Of a stretch of 64,000 bases of DNA, positions 46,143-58,000 are shown in pieces (within the stretch, counting starts at the first letter, position 1; each line of letters starts with the position of its first letter). The notes beneath the pieces were generated by a model that was not told the DNA's origin, searched no databases, and saw only the letters and a list, made by a program, of their open reading frames with translations. Both the position numbers and the translations under genes were made by a program. Source of the stretch: Candidatus Latescibacterota bacterium (GTDB lineage Bacteria > Latescibacterota > UBA2968 > UBA8231); assembly GCA_965200315.1 (NCBI GenBank), contig OZ241362.1, positions 3,680,001 through 3,744,000 on the forward strand, in the 5' to 3' direction.

Positions 46143-47543
46143 ATGAATGAAGCTAAGCTGCCTTCGGTAGATCAGATGCTCAAGCAGGTCGCCGACCTCT
46201 CGCAAGAGTACGATCGCGCCTATGTCGTCGAGCAGGTGCGCCGCTGTATTGCGGATGTGCGTTGCCAAGTGCGAGCGGGCACTGTAGATGAGGAGCGGGC
46301 GGCCTTGGATGTGCGGATCGAGCGGGCCGTACGCCACTGTATCGAGCGAGATGCTGCGCCCCGGCTGCACCGCATTGTCAATGCTACCGGCGTGGTGCTG
46401 CACACCGGATTGGGCCGGGCGCCGCTGCCCCAAGCGGCCCAAGAGGCCGTCGCACGGGTGGCCACTGGCTATTGCAACCTCGAATTTGAGCTGGAGTCGG
46501 GCAAACGCGGCGAGCGCGTTGCACACGTCGAAACTCTTATATGCTCGGCGACCGCTGCGGAAGCTGCTGCCGTGGTCAACAACAACGCCGCCGCCGTGCT
46601 CCTGCTGCTCGACACCTTGGCGCGGGGCCGAGAAGTGGTGGTCTCGCGGGGGCAACAAGTCGAGATCGGCGGCTCATTCCGCCTGCCCGAGATCATCGCG
46701 GCCAGCGGGGCCAAACTGCGCGAGGTCGGCACGACGAACCGCACGCACTTGCGCGACTACGAGCGCGCCGTCGGCCCGGAAACCGGTGCTATTTTAGTGG
46801 TGCATCCGAGCAATTACAGGGTGCAGGGCTTTACCGCCGAGGTGGACCTAAAGGACTTGGCCGCTCTGAGTCAGCGTGCGGAAGTGCCGCTGGTCCACGA
46901 CTTAGGGAGTGGTGCCTTGGTCGATCTGGAGCAGTGGGGGCTGCCACCCGAGCCGGTGGTTTCCTCCAGTCTCAAGGCCGGAGCGGCCGTGGTCAGCTTT
47001 AGCGGCGATAAAGTGCTGGGCGGGCCGCAAGCCGGTATCATCGCCGGCCAGCGTCCCTATGTAGAGCAGGTGCGCCAAAATCCGCTCATGCGCGCCCTGC
47101 GCTGCGACAAGCTGATTTACGCTGCACTCGAAGCGGTATTATCGCTCTATCGCCTACCGCCGGATAAGCTAACACAGGCCCTGCCAACACTGGCCATGCT
47201 GCGGGCAACGGTTGAGACGCTGGAAGAGCGCGCTCAGAGGCTGGTGTCCCTTTTGCCCGAGGAAGTCTGCCGCGCCCTGCGCCCCGAAGTGGTCGAATCG
47301 CTAGCGCAAGCCGGCAGCGGGTCCTTGCCCCTAGCCGAGATTACCAGCCGGGCCGTGGCCCTCCAGCCAAGCGCGGTCCGGGTCGAGCCGCTAGGTCGCC
47401 AACTCAGGCGACAGGGCGTAGTCGGTCGCATCGCCCGCGAGCGGCTCCTGCTCGACATGCGCACCGTGCATGACGACGAGGTGGAATGGATCGCCCAAGC
47501 ATTGTTGCACGTTGCTGCGCAGCAAAAACTGCGCTGTTGCTAG
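46143..47543 (+). CDS. selA: L-seryl-tRNA(Sec) selenium transferase
   Basis: NATGVVLHTGLGRA, VNNNAAA, EIGGSFRLP, FSGDKVLGGPQAG. Confidence 0.95.
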   Translation: MNEAKLPSVDQMLKQVADLSQEYDRAYVVEQVRRCIADVRCQVRAGTVDEERAALDVRIERAVRHCIERDAAPRLHRIVNATGVVLHTGLGRAPLPQAAQEAVARVATGYCNLEFELESGKRGERVAHVETLICSATAAEAAAVVNNNAAAVLLLLDTLARGREVVVSRGQQVEIGGSFRLPEIIAASGAKLREVGTTNRTHLRDYERAVGPETGAILVVHPSNYRVQGFTAEVDLKDLAALSQRAEVPLVHDLGSGALVDLEQWGLPPEPVVSSSLKAGAAVVSFSGDKVLGGPQAGIIAGQRPYVEQVRQNPLMRALRCDKLIYAALEAVLSLYRLPPDKLTQALPTLAMLRATVETLEERAQRLVSLLPEEVCRALRPEVVESLAQAGSGSLPLAEITSRAVALQPSAVRVEPLGRQLRRQGVVGRIARERLLLDMRTVHDDEVEWIAQALLHVAAQQKLRCC

Positions 47544-47935
47544 CCGCTTGGCTGCTCAGCGGCTGCGGCGGCAAAGACCCCACCGCACCGCTTGCACCTG
47601 CGCCCTCCGAACCGGCCGGCCGGGCCGGTACCATCGCGGTCGCCAACCACACCGCTTACGATCTCGAAGTGGCGTATCTCAACGAGACTGATGAGGACGC
47701 GCCGCGGATCGTGCGCACCCACGTACCGGCCGGCCAGCGCACGGAGGTTTCGGGCGGGGTGCTGCCAGCAGATCTAGAGGTGGAATTCGACTTGGTACTC
47801 GTTCCAAGCACGGCAGACGGGATTCGGGTGCGGCGCAAGATTCGGGTCGCGATTGACGGCGATTGGATCTTAAATGTGCGCTTGGCGGACGAATCCGATC
47901 CCTTCAGCCTAGAAGTTACCAGCGCACCTCCATAG
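47486..47935 (+). CDS. Hypothetical lipoprotein (start uncertain)
   Basis: Lipobox LLSGC followed by a Pro-rich linker. Confidence 0.6.
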   Translation: MDRPSIVARCCAAKTALLLAAWLLSGCGGKDPTAPLAPAPSEPAGRAGTIAVANHTAYDLEVAYLNETDEDAPRIVRTHVPAGQRTEVSGGVLPADLEVEFDLVLVPSTADGIRVRRKIRVAIDGDWILNVRLADESDPFSLEVTSAPP

Positions 47936-48106
47936 GCTTCATAGAGCGCGCAATATTTTCGCTTGCTTTATCGCGGGGTGGGTTTTACGTTTGATAACCC
48001 CACGATGAATTTCAGCACTTTCCCCTTGCATAATTTCACAAGAGTAGCTCCTGATAGTCTATAGTTGTGCTGCTCGTTTTGGCACAGCTATGAGGATCAA
48101 AAACCT

Positions 48107-49078
48107 ATGGTGTTGGACATCCGCGATTTGCGCCAACAGGTTGCGCCAGTCGCCGAAACATCGCTAGACCAATTGCTCCACGGCGAACAGGCCCAAGTGC
48201 TCAGCGCGGACGATTTGGAGCAACTCTTGACCATCGCCGAGGACTCGGGCGACAGCCGACGGCTAACGGCCATCGACATCTTGAATCAGCACCGCTCTTG
48301 GCTGTCTTCGCTACGCCTGCTGCGCCGAATCGTGCGGTTGGCGCATAAGGAACTCGATTCCCGACCAGCCGCGACCTTGGTGCAAGCACTGCGCCAATGC
48401 GACGAAGTCGCCCAATTTCTAACCAGCAAAGAGCGTGCGGTCGCTCGCGAAGCAGCACGAGGTGTGCCGATCAGCCGTCAGACCCTCGCCCCGATCACTG
48501 AGGCACTAGCGGCGGGCCTTCCAGCCGACATCACGACCTTATTACTCGACAAAATTCGCCGCACTCATCCATCTATGGTGCCCTATGCAGTCGATTGCCT
48601 CCTCAAGTGCGACCCCAATGAGAGCCTCTTGCGTGCGTTCTTGGCGCACTTACCGCAGATACCGCTCTTCGCGCTCTTTGTCGAGGCCGGGCTGCCTCAG
48701 ACCACCCGCGTCTGGCAACGGGCAGCGCGGATAGCCGCTGAAATTCTCCAAGAGGCCCCATCGGCCAAGCTGCTGCGCCACCTGCTCAGCAAGTGCGGCG
48801 AGGACGCAGCTTTCGCCCGCAACCACACCCGCTTCCTGCACCGAATCGCCCAACGCGCCGACACGTCGTCGGACGCCGATTTAATCGGCCACTTTGAGCG
48901 GCTCACTTCCGGTGCCTCCGAAGACAAGGTCGCTCGCCTAGCACAACTATTAGTCGGGTTAAGTGGGAGACTCGACGGCCAAGCAGGGCAGCAAGCGGCA
49001 GCTCTGCTAGAAAATTGGAAATCTCGCTCGGCTTCGCTCAAACTCAAGATCTATCACTTAGAGCAAGGCATCCGCTGA
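48107..49078 (+). CDS. Hypothetical alpha-helical (HEAT-like) protein
   Basis: GAGGA RBS, Leu/Ala-rich helical ORF. Confidence 0.6.
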   Translation: MVLDIRDLRQQVAPVAETSLDQLLHGEQAQVLSADDLEQLLTIAEDSGDSRRLTAIDILNQHRSWLSSLRLLRRIVRLAHKELDSRPAATLVQALRQCDEVAQFLTSKERAVAREAARGVPISRQTLAPITEALAAGLPADITTLLLDKIRRTHPSMVPYAVDCLLKCDPNESLLRAFLAHLPQIPLFALFVEAGLPQTTRVWQRAARIAAEILQEAPSAKLLRHLLSKCGEDAAFARNHTRFLHRIAQRADTSSDADLIGHFERLTSGASEDKVARLAQLLVGLSGRLDGQAGQQAAALLENWKSRSASLKLKIYHLEQGIR

Positions 49079-49105
49079 GCACTTATTCCAATCCGAGTCT
49101 CCCCA

Positions 49106-49139
49106 AGGGCCGTTCGTCGACGGGCGAACGGCCTTTTTA
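49106..49139. terminator. Terminator between convergent genes
   Basis: AAGGGCCGTTCGTC..GGCGAACGGCCTTTTT. Confidence 0.75.
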
Positions 49140-50210
49140 TTTGTGTACGCGCCACAGCAACACCAAGGCCAAGACGGCGAACAACAGGTTGGCTATCCAC
49201 GCGCCTAGCCAAGGCGAGAGGATTTGATTCCAACCGAGGGCTTGGCCGGCCTTGACGCAACTGTAATAAACAAAGCAGATCAGGACCCCCAAGCCGAAGC
49301 TGTTGGCCAGACCGGCGCGGCGGGCGTTGGCACCGAGAATTGCGCCGAGGGCAATGATGATGAAGCTGGTCAGGGGAAAGGATATTTTCAGGTGCAAATC
49401 GACGCGCTGGCGCGCGGCGTCCTCTCCGTTGAGCGTGGCGCGGGCGATGTAGTCGGCCAGCTCGGCGTAGCTCATTTCCTCGGGGTCCTTCTGCTGGCGA
49501 GCAAAGTCGCTGGGAAGCAACGACAAGCTCGGCAAGGATAGGGTATCAAAGGAAGAAGTCGCCACGGCTTCGTCCGCGGCAAAGTGAAAGCGGCGGCCTT
49601 CAAAGAGCACCCACGTGCCCTCCCGCCACTCCATGCGCCGAGCCACCGTGCGCTCCAGCGGCGCGTTGTCGTGCAGCCGCTCCCAAGACACTTCGTCGGC
49701 GCGTTGCCGCCCCGCATCGTAGCTGCGGGCGTACAAGAACTGGTTGCCCGCATCTTGGAGCAGGACTTGGCGGCGAGACCCATCGCTGCGATGGTAGGAC
49801 TTAATCTCATCGCTGATTTGATTGTACCGATAGGTCGCAGACGGCACCACCCAATCGGTAAAGAAAAAGGCCGCGACCGCAACGGCGAGCGCACACGCCA
49901 AGACCGGGGCCAGTAGGCGATACAGACTAATGCCAGTAGCCTTCATGGCGGTGATTTCGTTTTGGCGCGCCAAGCTAGTAAAAGAAAAAAGCGCGGCGAG
50001 CAGCGCGGCGATGGGCAGGGTCAAGATGAGCCAGTACGGGAGCCGATAGACATAGTAGAGTAAGATCTGCTTGGGACGAGCTTTAAAGTCGATAAACGTG
50101 TCGATGTTTTCGGTGAGGTCGATAATCACCGCAATGAGCAGCAGACTGACCACGGCCATCCCCAGACACAACAGAAAGCGGCGCGTCAGATAGAGGTCGA
50201 GGGTGCGCAT
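49137..50210 (-). CDS. lptG: LPS export permease LptG-like
   Basis: LDLYL, NEITAMKATGIS, KISFP, AWIANLLF. Confidence 0.85.
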   Translation of the reverse strand: MRTLDLYLTRRFLLCLGMAVVSLLLIAVIIDLTENIDTFIDFKARPKQILLYYVYRLPYWLILTLPIAALLAALFSFTSLARQNEITAMKATGISLYRLLAPVLACALAVAVAAFFFTDWVVPSATYRYNQISDEIKSYHRSDGSRRQVLLQDAGNQFLYARSYDAGRQRADEVSWERLHDNAPLERTVARRMEWREGTWVLFEGRRFHFAADEAVATSSFDTLSLPSLSLLPSDFARQQKDPEEMSYAELADYIARATLNGEDAARQRVDLHLKISFPLTSFIIIALGAILGANARRAGLANSFGLGVLICFVYYSCVKAGQALGWNQILSPWLGAWIANLLFAVLALVLLWRVHK

Positions 50211-50211
50211 C

Positions 50212-51510
50212 TCAGGCTTCTTTCGTCCCTCGGCGGCCAGCGCGGTCGTACGCGACCACCCGCAACAGCCCCCATCCGACGAGAGCCAAAACCCCATTGG
50301 GTGCCCACATCGCCAACGGCGGTGGAATATAGCCGCGGTCGGCCAACTCCTCGCCGCCGATGAGGAACATCCAGTAGATCCAAAAGAAGAACAGGCTGAT
50401 GCCGACAGAGACGGCCGCGCCGCGCCGGCGAATCAGCGCACCCAATGGGGCACCGACCAGCGCGAAGACCAAGCAAGCGGCCGGGATGGATAGCTTCTTG
50501 TGAATCTCGACCAAGTACTCGTTTATCCGCCCCGCGCGGCGGTCTATATGCCGCCACTGTCGGCGCAGGGACTCGACCACCTGTTCCCCTTCTCTCTCTA
50601 GCTCGCTGGCCGTAGAGTCGGCAAACTGGCTTTGGTGTAGTTCGAGGTAGCGTGCGGCAATCGAATCGAGGCGGCCGTAGGCGCGCTCTTGCTCGCGCCG
50701 CCGCTTTAGCACCAAGCGGTGCATGGACGCAATGTCTAGCTCGCGATCGCTGCGGTAGGACGAGGGGCGGTGTTCGTAGCGGCGGTGCTCATCCTTGATG
50801 TGCAGCACTTGACGGGCAAAAGTGCCGAAGAAAAAGCGTTCCTCTTGGCCGGCTTCGACGCGCTGGACATGGCCCTCCTCCAGTTCCAAGCGGATGTAAG
50901 CCCCATCGCCCAACAGCGCGAGGCGGCCCCTAGGGGCGTGGACAATCACCGGCGGCCCGGGGCGCGAGGCGTCGTAGAGTGTGATGCCGGCCAGTTCGTT
51001 AGTCTCCGGGTCAATCTGGCGGATCAGTACGTGATAATCGCCCAAGTCGGGTATGAAGACCCCTTCCTTTTCCCGCAGCACCAAGGCCGCTTTGGTCCGT
51101 TGCAAGCTCGATGACAGAACGCGGGCTTGGTGGTTCCAGTCCGGGAGAATCTGGTCGTTAAAAAGGACCATCAACAAGGTCAGCAAAAAAGCGGCTACCA
51201 GCACCGGCCGCAGGAGCAGCCAAAAGCTCACCCCGCAGGCTTTGGCCGCGATGATTTCCCCGTCGGCAGCGAGGCGGGCAAAGGCCATGATCACGGCGAT
51301 GAGTACGGCCATGGGCACGGCTAGCGCCACGATCCAAGCCAAGTTGAAGAGCAAAAGTTGGAGTGCCGCCAAGAGAGTTAGTCCCTTGCTCAACACTTGG
51401 TCCATCGTCTGCAATACGACGTCGATTAGCAAGATGAAGAGGATCAGCACAAAGCCGAGCGCAAAGGGCCAACCGTGCTCTTTGAGCACATAGCGGGACA
51501 GGGTCGTCAT
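50212..51510 (-). CDS. lptF: LPS export permease LptF-like
   Basis: LSRYVLKE, DGEIIAAKACGVS, EIHKKLSIP, MWAPN. Confidence 0.85.
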   Translation of the reverse strand: MTTLSRYVLKEHGWPFALGFVLILFILLIDVVLQTMDQVLSKGLTLLAALQLLLFNLAWIVALAVPMAVLIAVIMAFARLAADGEIIAAKACGVSFWLLLRPVLVAAFLLTLLMVLFNDQILPDWNHQARVLSSSLQRTKAALVLREKEGVFIPDLGDYHVLIRQIDPETNELAGITLYDASRPGPPVIVHAPRGRLALLGDGAYIRLELEEGHVQRVEAGQEERFFFGTFARQVLHIKDEHRRYEHRPSSYRSDRELDIASMHRLVLKRRREQERAYGRLDSIAARYLELHQSQFADSTASELEREGEQVVESLRRQWRHIDRRAGRINEYLVEIHKKLSIPAACLVFALVGAPLGALIRRRGAAVSVGISLFFFWIYWMFLIGGEELADRGYIPPPLAMWAPNGVLALVGWGLLRVVAYDRAGRRGTKEA

Positions 51511-51681
51511 GGGTCGAAAGGGTTACGGGGCTGTGGCGCTCAGCACTCAAGGCACCTTGTTGCAAGCGGCGCGCACTCGGACGAGCACGGGCCTAGTTCC
51601 CTCAAATATAACGACTTAGGCCGCCGTCTAAAAAATCACCCCCCACGCTGTGCAATAGGAATGATTTTTGCAAGAGCTTCC

Positions 51682-51710
51682 TTGAAATAATTGCAGCCAC
51701 GTGCTATGTT
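51682..51710 (+). promoter_or_regulatory. Sigma70 promoter for sprA leader
   Basis: TTGAAA-17 bp-TATGTT with extended -10 TG. Confidence 0.6.
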
Positions 51711-51716
51711 TTCAGG

Positions 51717-52008
51717 TAGTTGCCCGCTTCGTCTGGGCAGCGTCCCCCTGTTTTTGGGTTTGGAGACCGCCTATCGCGTTTGGTTAATACAGAAGCCGCT
51801 CGGCGCATTGCTTTGGCTGTGGCCGAATCATCAGTGAAGGCTTCTGAGTCGTTTCCGCTAAACCTCAATTGAAATTGAAAGACTGCTCTTTAATTGAGAC
51901 TGACGAGCAGCACGCCGAGCGCATTCGGCTATAGCTCGCTATTTGACGCCGCCAGCTCCTGCCCTTTAGGGGCTTGCGAGCACGTCAAACGATAGGCGTC
52001 GATAGGTG
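51717..52008 (+). ncRNA. Candidate structured cis-regulatory leader RNA
   Basis: Closing helix 51768-51776/51990-51998 enclosing four stems; see findings. Confidence 0.55.
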
Positions 52009-55000
52009 TGAATTTAGAGGTGTTTCTCCGCTTTTCCCGCCAAGCGTTTTCCTCGTGGCTGTGTGTTTGCTTGCTCTCGGTAGTGTCGTACGCCGAGCCT
52101 AGTCTGCACTTCGAGCCGCTATATGGCCTGCTTTCCCAGCGCTTTGCAGTCCCTAGCCAAACTGCCTTTGGGGCTGGCCAACCGCTCTTGCCCGCCCCCG
52201 ACCGTGCGCCGATCTCATACCAAGCCGCAGTGGACTCCATGGGAGTGGCCCACTACGGCCGCCGCGTCAGTGGATTCCCCGAGGGACCAACGGTCGCCGT
52301 GGCTCTAGACGACTATCTCCGCATAGAATACCAAGCTAAGCACCGACAACTTTGGCGCCAGCAAATCCGCCGCGACTTTCGCAGCACAGCTTCCAAGCAG
52401 CGCCAGCGCAGGGGCAGCCGCTTTGAGTGGACTGTGCCCTTTTCCGCGCCCAAGCCCCTGCGGCGCTTTATCGGCGACGAAGGCCCCAGCCTCGCACTCA
52501 ATGGTTCGCGCACCATCATCATTTCTGGCAAGAGCGAGTGGACCGACGGCGAGGTACAGACCTCGTTTGGACGCAGTTCCAAGTTCCCCTCGCTGGGCAT
52601 CGAACAGGAATCCGATTTCACGGTAGAAGGCAAAGTCGGCGAGCTGATCAACATACGCATCGACCAAGACACCCAAAACTTCGGCTCGGCCGTTGGCTCC
52701 AATTTGGGCGATCAGCTATCCAACCAGATCAAGCTCGATTACGAAGGCGAGGAAGATTCCATATTCCAAGAGGTGCAGGCCGGCAACACCACCCTAGAGC
52801 TGCCCAATACGCGCTTCGTCGGCTTCCGGCAGAAAAACAAGGGGCTCTTTGGCATCCGCGCTAAAGGACACGTCGGGCCGCTGACCTTTACGACCGTAGC
52901 CAGCCACGAAAAGAGCAAATCCAACCGCCAGACCTTCAAGGGCGGAGCGGCCATCGACACCCTCCAACTCAAAGACTACCAATACATCCGCAACACGTAT
53001 TTCTTCTTGCACGAGTTCTACCGAGCCCACCTCCCCGACTTCCGCCGGCTGTTGAACGGAGCGCAGTTTGGCCCGGAAAACTTTGTCGATATCAGCCGCC
53101 TCGAAGTCTATATCAACGACTTCAATACGCGAAATGACGCCGAACTGTTCGCCAAGCCCGGTGTTGCGTGGGTCGATCCGTCCGATTCCCTCTCCACCAT
53201 CGAATGCTTTGACGCGGCGGGCAATCTTCTGCGCAACAGCGGCTGCTTTGAGGAGGGGACCTGGCACCGGCTCGACCCGGACGACGACTACTCGGTCGTG
53301 GCCGAGGCGGGTTATATCATCCTCAACAGGCCCGTATCCGATCCCTATGCCATGGCCGTGCATTTCAAAACCAATGCGCCGGACTTCGACGGTACGCTCC
53401 AACAAGAGACGACGCGGCTCAAAGCCGGCGCAGAATCCGACTCCTTGTACCTGAAGCTGATCAAAGCCCGCAATCCCCGCCCGGGTTTTCCCACTTGGGA
53501 TCTAGAGTGGAAAAACGTGTACCGCATTGCCTCTGGGTTTTCCACTGGCCGCCGCTTCGATCCCAAGACTTTGCAGATCGATATCGCCAAGGAAGTGCCC
53601 GGCCAAGAGGACCAACTTTCTCAGCAGGGTCGCTCCTATTTGCAGATTTTGGGTTTGGACGAGCGCGGCAAAGACCCCGGTAGCGCGTCCGACCGCGTCA
53701 TCGACGCCGACTACATAGGGCTGGACGACATCCGCGGGCACTTGATTTTCCCCGACCAGCGGCCCTTTGATCCGCGCTCCAACAAATATCGCGGCCTACT
53801 CGACGAACCCGTCTCCGCCATCTACGACGAGCAGCAGCAGCGCGCCCAGATCGAGGCCAGCCGCTACAAAATCCTCGTCCGCGCCGCCTCCTCGGAGCAG
53901 CGCATCCGGCTGGGTGGTATCTTCGGCGGCGTCCGGCCCGAGACCGTCGAGGTCCAGCTAAACGGCCGATCCTTGACGCGAGACACCGACTACCGAGTTG
54001 ATTACACGGGCGGCGTGACGTTTATCGGCTCGGTCGCTCAGGAAGTGGCCGACCCCGGCGCGGACTTGGAAATCTCCTTTGAATCCGAGGACGTCTTCAA
54101 TATCGGCAGTCAGCAAAAGACCCTGTTGGGCCTGCGCACCGAGTACGAGTTCTGGGGTGGCGACGGGCGCATGGGCAGCACCATGATCTACAACAACGAG
54201 CGTTCGAGCGACCGGCGGGTGCGGGTGGGCAATGAGCCGACGCGCACGGTGATCTGGAACCTCGACTTGCGCGCCCGGCGCGAAGTGCCAATCCTCACCC
54301 GCGTCGTCGATATGCTACCGCTGGTCAAGACGGCCGTTCCCTCGGAAGTCACCCTTGACGCCGAAATCGCGCAAAGCCGCCCCAATCTCAATACCAAGGG
54401 ACGCGGCTACATCGACGATTTTGAAGACAGCGAGCGGCCCATTTCCCTAGTTGTCAACCGCACGCGCTGGGCACCTGCTAGCGCACCGGCTGGTGCGCGC
54501 TTCGGCGCGGAAAATCGCGCACATTTCATCTGGTACAATCCCTACAACGGGGTGCTGCGCACCGACATCTGGCCCAACCAAGAAGAGCAAATCGAAGCCC
54601 AAAACCGGCGCACCGACATCCTAGCCCTAGAGCTACTGCCGCGCCTCGAAGCCGCCGAGTCTTGGGGCGGAGTCTCCCTCGCCTTTTCGACTGTCAACGA
54701 CTTGTCCGAGTCCAAGTTCCTAGAGGTATGGGTCCGCGGCCAAGAGGGCACTTTGCACGTGAACTTGGGCGACCAAATAAACGAGGACTACATCGCCAAT
54801 GGCCGCCTCGACACCGAAGACGAGCCTTTCCCCGGGCAAGCCGCAGGGGATGGGTTGGTGTCGCGCGAGGAAGACGTGGGCATCGACGGCCGCAACGACG
54901 AAGCCGAGTTGAACCTCTACTTGCGGCTGCAAGACGCTGCGTTCGACACCACCCGCTCCCTAGCCGAGCGGAAGCAAGCCTTTGCCGCGCTCTACCCAGA

Positions 55001-58000
55001 CCCCGATCCCCTGCGCCCCAACCGCTCGCCCGACGACCCCGAAGGAGACAACTGGAAATACGACGCTCAGCACAAGAACGATTACAGCCACATCAACGGA
55101 ACCGAGAACAACAAAAAAGATGTCGAAAGCGGCGATCGCCCGGACACCGAAGATCTCAACAACAATGGCGTACTCGACCGACGCAACAACTACTACCACT
55201 ACGAAATCGACCTGTCGTCGAGCCATTACGAGATTGCCGGGACCCAAAACAAGGGCTGGCGGCAGCTCCGCGTGCCCCTGTTCGGCCCCCACGTCGAGCG
55301 CGTGGGCTTGCCCGACTCCACCCGCATCGAATACGCGCGCCTGATGCTTTCAAGCGAGCCACGGGCGGACTCAGCAGACACCGTGCGAACCGAGATCGCG
55401 CTCGTGGAAATCGTGGGCAACAAGTGGCAGGAAGACGAAGTAGTGCAGCTCGATGATCGCTTCCCGCTCGGCGACCGCGAGGCTCTCGACGTCACGGTCA
55501 TCGGCACCGACAAAAGCCAGAGCTACCGGCCGCCACCCGGCGTGAAGATCCGCCGCAACGTGCAGTCGCGCACCCGCGAACGCGAGCAGTCCCTCGTGCT
55601 GGCCTACGAAAACCTAGAGCCTGGTCACCAGATGTCGGCAACTCGAATCCTGACCCGCTCTGCCAATTACACCAACTACGAGCGGCTGCGCATGTACGTC
55701 TATGGCGATTCGAGCGGGACCATTGAATACGCCCACGGCGATTCGAGCGACTTGGTGCTCTTCGTGCGCTTTGGCGTGGATTCGACCAACTACTACGAGA
55801 CCATCAGCCCCATTTTTCCGGGTTGGACAGGGGGGCGCAAGGGCTGGAAGGGCAATCAAGTAGATGTGGATCTGCCGGTCATCTCCCAACTCAAGGCCCT
55901 GCTGCAATCCGGGCAGGCCGATACCACCACGGGCGAGTTCTATTACACCTATCGGGTAATTGACTCGCGCGGGGCACCGCTAGACGGCAAGAGCTTGATC
56001 TCTCAACGCGAGTTGGATGTGCTGCACACGGCGGGCTACGACCCCCAAGTCGAGCGCTTTTCCCTAGACCAAGTCTTTGCGCGGTCGGGCCTGCGCAGCG
56101 GCGAGCAAGCCATTTATCGGGTGCGCGGCAACCCGTCAATGCAGTCGATCAAGCAACTGAGCATTGGCCTGCGCAACCGCGCCGCAAACCGTGCGTACAG
56201 CGGCCGCATCTTCCTCAATGAGTTGCGCCTCGACGAGGCGCGCAACGATCCCGGGCTGGCCGCGTACGCCCAGATCAACACCAAGCTAGCCGACTTTGCC
56301 AACCTCGGCGGCAACGTGCTCTGGCGGCAGGAAAACTTCCGCAGCTTTACCGGCCAAGGCGGCAACAGTACAGACCGCGAAGCCGCGCTGTCGGTATCCA
56401 CCAACGCGCAAAAGCTCCTGCCGAGTAGCTGGGGATTTTTGATCCCGACCAAGGTAAATATCAGTCGCTCGACCAGCTTGCCGCGCTTCGGCCCCGGCTC
56501 GGACGTGGAACTGACCGCCGAAGAGAAGCTAGAGCAACAAGCCGTTCACTCCAAAGAATTCTACGACGTGTCCATCAGCCGGCGGCAGGGCAAAAACTTC
56601 TTCCTGCGCTGGACCCTCGACCAGATGAATCTACGGCTGTCTCATTCGCGCGAACACAGTTCGGACCCGGTGCGCCCGATCAACGAGCGCGAGGCCCAGA
56701 CGATGAACTTCAACTACAGCATGCCCCTGCCCAAACCAGAACTGCGGATCATGAACTGGCTGCCGACGTTCATGCCCAAGGGCTGGACGCGGATGAAGTT
56801 CCGCCCGCTGCCGACGAGCCTGACCTACGCGGTCAACGGCAGCCGACGCACCTCGCGGCTGCTGCGCCGCGGCGACGACCAGCCGACCGCACAGGAGGAC
56901 TTTACGCTCGTCGAAACCTATGCTTCTAAGCTCAATCCGCTCTCCGGTCTATCGGCCAACTACAACCTCAAAATCGACCGAGACTTGCGCAAAAAATTCG
57001 TCCCCGACAAGCGCAGCTTTGGGCGCGAGGTCGGGCGCAGACAAACAGCCGACTTGGGCTTTTCGCTGCGCTTAGTCTCGTGGCTGGACCAAAACTACAC
57101 CTTCAAGGCCAATTACGAAGAGCAAAATGATCCAGCGCAGCGGCGCGGAGCAGCCCCGATCGATTCGATCAGCGGCCTGCCGTTCAATACCCTTGAAATT
57201 CGCAACCAGAACGACCTGTCCGTACGCCTCAATTTCAAAATCCCAACCCTGCTCAAGACCTTGGGCCAGTCCCCGGCACAAAGCCGCAAGGCGCAACAGC
57301 GCGACGACCGAGACCGCAATCGAAACCGAAACATGCCAACCGCGAAGGAAGGCCAAGACGAACAGAAGCAAAGCAAAGACGACAACAAGAAAAACCAAGA
57401 CGAAGAAGAGCAAAGCAAAGCAAAGCCGCCGCAAGGCCCCAATATCCTCCTCCGCCTCGCTGGATGGACTGGCCGCCTCGTCGAGCCGGTCAACGCGAGT
57501 TGGCGGCGCAACACCAACTCGCGCCACTTCAATTTGCTGCACCGGCCCTCGCTTTCCTATCAACTCGGCCTTGAAGACACACTGCGGGTGCGGCAAGTGT
57601 CCCAAGGGCTGACCCACCAAGACAATTGGGCCCACACGTCCTCGTTTGAGACTGGCTCGGGGATGAGGTTGCCCTTTGGCATTAGCATCAAAGTCAACTC
57701 TAAGGAGCAGACCACACAGCGCAGCGGTGCTTCGCAGCAACGGCTGCGCTTGCGCAACGAGCGGACCTACCCGCGCGTGAGTCTTAGCTGGGGACGAGCC
57801 GACCGGATTCCGTTGATAAAGCGAGCGATCAACAGCGCACAGGTAAACGCGAGTTTTGAAACTTCGGAGGCCAGCGAGGGCGCGGGCAGCCTCGAGCCCG
57901 GACGCCTGCTCTCCGAGGAGACCAAGACCGAGTTTAGGGCGTCGTGGAATGGCCGTTGGCGCTGGGGACCGACCACGACCATCGAGCGCGTGCTCTCCAC

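Noticed and set aside
46143-47543. Selenoprotein (UGA read-through) genes near selA
   Set aside because: I found no in-frame TGA at a catalytic Cys position with continuing homology; the check was not exhaustive.
48078-48096. Sigma54 promoter (TGGCAC)
   Set aside because: The -12 element reads TGAG rather than TTGC and overlaps the RBS.
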